A DNA stretch of 64,000 nt. Origin: Balanoglossus misakiensis. Taxonomy: Eukaryota > Animalia > Hemichordata. The stretch is taken from assembly GCA_040954595.2 (NCBI GenBank), contig JBECUI020000039.1, positions 1 to 64,000 on the forward strand. The letters are read 5' to 3'. The notes under the pieces are model-generated. The model did not search any database, was not told the origin of the DNA, and worked only from the letters and a program-made list of their open reading frames with translations. How positions within the stretch are numbered: position 1 is the first letter of the stretch; each line of letters opens with the position of its first letter. Positions 60,933 through 64,000 of the stretch are shown here, in pieces. The translations under genes were made by a program, and so were the position numbers.

Positions 60933-62123
60933 TTACTCAATAACTTCGGTTACTTGTCCGCTTGCAACAGTACGACCACCCTCACGAATGGCGAATTTTA
61001 ATCCTGGATGCATAGCAATCGGACGAATGAGCGAACCTATTATCTCTGTATTATCACCGGGCATAACCATTTCACGGTTTTCCGGTAAAGCAACTTCACC
61101 TGTTACATCGGTTGTTCGAAAATAAAACTGCGGTCGATACCCGGTAAAGAAGGGTGAATGTCTTCCACCTTCATCCTTGCTCAAACAATAAATTTGTCCT
61201 TTGAACTTGGTATGGGGCATAATTGAACCAGGCTTTGCCAGTACTTGCCCACGTTCAACCTCGGTTTTTTCGACTCCACGCAGAAGAGCACCAATGTTAT
61301 CCCCGGCTTCGCCGCTGTCTAATAACTTGTTAAACATTTCAACACCGGTACAGGTGGTCTTTCGTGTTGGACGGACACCGACAATTTCGATTTCGTCTCC
61401 AACCTTGACCAACCCACTCTCAATTCTGCCGGTTACAACCGTCCCTCTTCCTTGAATAGAAAATATATCTTCAATAGGCATAAGGAAGGGTTTATCGACT
61501 GCCCGGGCCGGAATCTGAAAGTAGTCATCCATCGTATCCAGAAGTTTTTGAATGCATGCGGTCTTTGACTCATCGTCAGGGTTTTCCATTGCTTCAAAAG
61601 CACTTCCGCAAATAACCGGTATATCGTCACCTGGGAAATTATAGTATTTAAGAATATCACGAATTTCCTCTTCAACGAGTTCAACCATATCGGCATCATC
61701 AACCTGATCTACCTTGTTAACAAAGACTACAATTCCCGGAACACCTACCTGTCGTGCAAGAAGAATGTGTTCGCGAGTTTGTGACATGGCACCATCTGTA
61801 GCGGATACAACTAATACCGCACCATCCATCTGGGCTGCGCCTGTAATCATGTTTTTGATATAGTCAGCGTGTCCGGGACAGTCCACATGCGCATAATGTC
61901 GCTTGTCTGTCTCATACTCAACATGTCGTGTATTGATAGTAATACCACGAGCCTTTTCCTCAGGTGCATTGTCAATTTCATCATAACGCATGACTTTACT
62001 TCCGCTTTTCTTTGCACAGTGTAAAGTAATTGCAGCAGTTAAAGTCGTTTTTCCATGATCGACATGCCCAATTGTACCAACATTAATATGTGGCTTCGTT
62101 CTTTGAAATTTTTCCTTAGCCAT
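60933..62123 (-). CDS. tuf: Elongation factor Tu
   Basis: [24 protein letters not shown]. Confidence 0.99.
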   Translation of the reverse strand: MAKEKFQRTKPHINVGTIGHVDHGKTTLTAAITLHCAKKSGSKVMRYDEIDNAPEEKARGITINTRHVEYETDKRHYAHVDCPGHADYIKNMITGAAQMDGAVLVVSATDGAMSQTREHILLARQVGVPGIVVFVNKVDQVDDADMVELVEEEIRDILKYYNFPGDDIPVICGSAFEAMENPDDESKTACIQKLLDTMDDYFQIPARAVDKPFLMPIEDIFSIQGRGTVVTGRIESGLVKVGDEIEIVGVRPTRKTTCTGVEMFNKLLDSGEAGDNIGALLRGVEKTEVERGQVLAKPGSIMPHTKFKGQIYCLSKDEGGRHSPFFTGYRPQFYFRTTDVTGEVALPENREMVMPGDNTEIIGSLIRPIAMHPGLKFAIREGGRTVASGQVTEVIE

Positions 62124-62201
62124 TATAATCCTCCAAATCTCTTATTTAATTCCCCTACCGTGTACAAAGCACAGTAGAGTACCCATTTACATACCTTAAT
62201 A

Positions 62202-62230
62202 TAAATAACAAAAAAAAAAGTTTTTGTCAA
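62202..62230 (-). promoter_or_regulatory. Possible internal promoter for tuf
   Basis: Perfect TTGACA, 17-nt spacer with a T10 tract, weak -10 TATTTA with extended TG. Confidence 0.4.
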
Positions 62231-62243
62231 GCAAAAAGAAGCA

Positions 62244-62717
62244 TTACCAGCGATAATGAGTAAACGCTTTGTTTGCTTCAGCAGTACGATGAATTTCTTC
62301 CTTTTTCTTAAATGCTGCCCCTGCGCCATTACTGGCATCCAGTAGCTCAGCACTAAGTTTTTCAGCCATAGATCGGCCTCTACGAGCACGGGCGGCTGTA
62401 ATAATCCAGCGTCTTGCCAATGCTTCCTTGCGAAGATGACGTACTTCTATCGGCACCTGATAAGTAGAGCCCCCAACACGGCGAGATTTTACCTCAACCT
62501 GCGGTTGAATGTTCTCCAGTGCCCTATGAAATACATCTATAGCTGATGTGCCAGTCTTCTTTTCCACTATATCTAGGGCCTCGTACATAATACGCGTGCT
62601 TAATAAACGTTTCCCTTCTTTCATCATTGTAGCAATAAAATTTGTAACTTCCAAATCATTGTACTTTCTATCCAGCTGTGCCGGTCGTTTTTTCTTTTTT
62701 ATCGTCCGATGTGCCAT
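62244..62717 (-). CDS. rpsG: 30S ribosomal protein S7
   Basis: EVKSRRVGGSTYQVP, AEANKAF. Confidence 0.98.
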   Translation of the reverse strand: MAHRTIKKKKRPAQLDRKYNDLEVTNFIATMMKEGKRLLSTRIMYEALDIVEKKTGTSAIDVFHRALENIQPQVEVKSRRVGGSTYQVPIEVRHLRKEALARRWIITAARARRGRSMAEKLSAELLDASNGAGAAFKKKEEIHRTAEANKAFTHYRW

Positions 62718-62722
62718 ATGTT

Positions 62723-63097
62723 TTACCTTGCAGAACGCTTAGTTCCGTATTTCGATCGTCCTTTCTTCCTGTTCTCAACACCAAGTGCATCACGAGTGCC
62801 TCTAATTATATGATAGCGAACACCAGGAAGATCCTTTACCCGACCACCTCGCAAAAGCACTACCGAGTGCTCCTGAAGATTGTGCCCAATACCCGGTATA
62901 TATGCCGTTACCTCGATGCCGTTCGTCAAACGGACACGGGCAACCTTCCGCAATGCGGAGTTCGGCTTTCTCGGTGTTATGGTAATGACACGAAGACAGA
63001 CACCTCGTCGCTGCGGACAAGCCTGCAAAGCTGGTGATTTTGTCTTCTTTACTATTTTCTTTCTTCCTTTTCTTACTAACTGATTAATCGTCGGCAT
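62723..63097 (-). CDS. rpsL: 30S ribosomal protein S12
   Basis: [29 protein letters not shown]. Confidence 0.99.
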   Translation of the reverse strand: MPTINQLVRKGRKKIVKKTKSPALQACPQRRGVCLRVITITPRKPNSALRKVARVRLTNGIEVTAYIPGIGHNLQEHSVVLLRGGRVKDLPGVRYHIIRGTRDALGVENRKKGRSKYGTKRSAR

Positions 63098-63126
63098 ATA
63101 TTCCTCATCACTATGTTCATAGTACT

Positions 63127-63155
63127 ATAATAATTGTTGACAGAAAAAGGTACAA
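63127..63155 (-). promoter_or_regulatory. Sigma70-type promoter of rpsL
   Basis: TTGTAC-17-TATTAT. Confidence 0.55.
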
Positions 63156-63158
63156 GTA

Positions 63159-64000
63159 CTATTCGCTTGTTTCACCAACTTGAACCTTTAATAATTCTTG
63201 TCGTTGTTCTTCTTCCTGTTCTGCAACTTCTAGTTTTCTTTGTTCAATCGTCTTTATTAGATAACTATCTAGTTCACTCATTCTCTTATCCTGCAATTTA
63301 ATGTCGCGATATTGCCGCATTCCAGTTCCAGCAGGTATGAGATGTCCTATGATAACGTTTTCTTTTAATCCGCGCAATGGGTCGCGCAGTCCGGCTATTG
63401 CTGCGTTGGTTAGCACCCTTGTTGTTTCCTGAAATGATGCCGCAGATATAAATGAATCTATGTTTAAGCTTGCACGGGTAATACCGAGCAAGATGGGACG
63501 AGCAATAGCAGGCTGTCCCCCTTCGCGCAAAACACGCTTGTTTTCCTCTCGGAATGCATGTTTGCTGACTTGCTGTCCAATAATAAAGCGAGTATCGCCG
63601 GTGTACACTAATTCTACCTTACGCAGCATCTGACGAATAATAACCCCAATATGCTTGTCGTTAATGCTGACCCCCTGTAAACGATATATTTCCTGTATTT
63701 CGTTAACAAGGAATGCTTGCAAGGCGTTTTCCCCCAAGATTGAGAGAATGGCATGGGGATTGATTTGACCTTCACAAAGAATTTCTCCCGCCTTCACGAC
63801 ATCACCTTCCCGTACAAGTAAATGTCGTCCCATGGGAATTTCATGCTTGAATTCCTTGTTAAAATTATCGCGAACAATAATGACCCGGTTGTTCTTTATC
63901 AGGTCGCCAATAATAATTTCTCCGTCTATCTTTGCTAAAACAGCCGCATAGCCGGGATGCCGGGCTTCAAATAATTCGACAACCCGAGGTAGTCCACCAG
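63159..64000 (-). CDS. rpoC: RNA polymerase beta' subunit, 3' part (runs off the window edge)
   Basis: [13 protein letters not shown] at the edge, [25 protein letters not shown]. Confidence 0.98.
   Translation of the reverse strand, partial: GGLPRVVELFEARHPGYAAVLAKIDGEIIIGDLIKNNRVIIVRDNFNKEFKHEIPMGRHLLVREGDVVKAGEILCEGQINPHAILSILGENALQAFLVNEIQEIYRLQGVSINDKHIGVIIRQMLRKVELVYTGDTRFIIGQQVSKHAFREENKRVLREGGQPAIARPILLGITRASLNIDSFISAASFQETTRVLTNAAIAGLRDPLRGLKENVIIGHLIPAGTGMRQYRDIKLQDKRMSELDSYLIKTIEQRKLEVAEQEEEQRQELLKVQVGETSE

Noticed and set aside
62123-62389. 88-aa ORF between rpsG and tuf as a fusA remnant
   Set aside because: Mostly an alternative frame of rpsG; no EF-G motifs
160-63083. Many short antisense or overlapping ORFs of 60-165 aa
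   Set aside because: Shadows of well-supported genes with no recognisable motifs

Overview
A 64-kb stretch of a spirochaete chromosome (Spirochaetota inferred from a SpiroCoCo-type coiled-coil protein and Borrelia/Treponema-like gene order). Mostly core genes: grpE, der, PTS enzyme I, ymdB-rny, the rpsB-tsf-frr-uppS-cdsA-rseP block, rpsF-ssb-rpsR-yybS-rplI-dnaB, pyk, rnhA and the rpoC-rpsL-rpsG-tuf-S10-spc-alpha superoperon (no fusA, adk, map, infA or rpsD inside it). An accessory block of about 14 kb lies downstream of tRNA-Arg(CCG). It holds an ArdC-domain fusion gene, a secreted ankyrin protein and a DeoR-regulated ABC/AgaS/Gfo-Idh-MocA/amidohydrolase/PfkB/GatZ sugar cluster whose distal genes are frameshifted. 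A second insert is an atypical kinase plus a TIGR04283/TIGR04282-type glycosyltransferase pair upstream of pyk. The most unusual signals are a 270-aa S18 with a duplicated acidic extension, tandem-repeat tails on several other translation proteins, several apparently leaderless genes and a long structured leader upstream of rny. Several single-base frameshifts may be sequencing errors. No CRISPR array, rRNA, integrase or transposase was seen. All family calls come from motif recognition by eye, not database searches.
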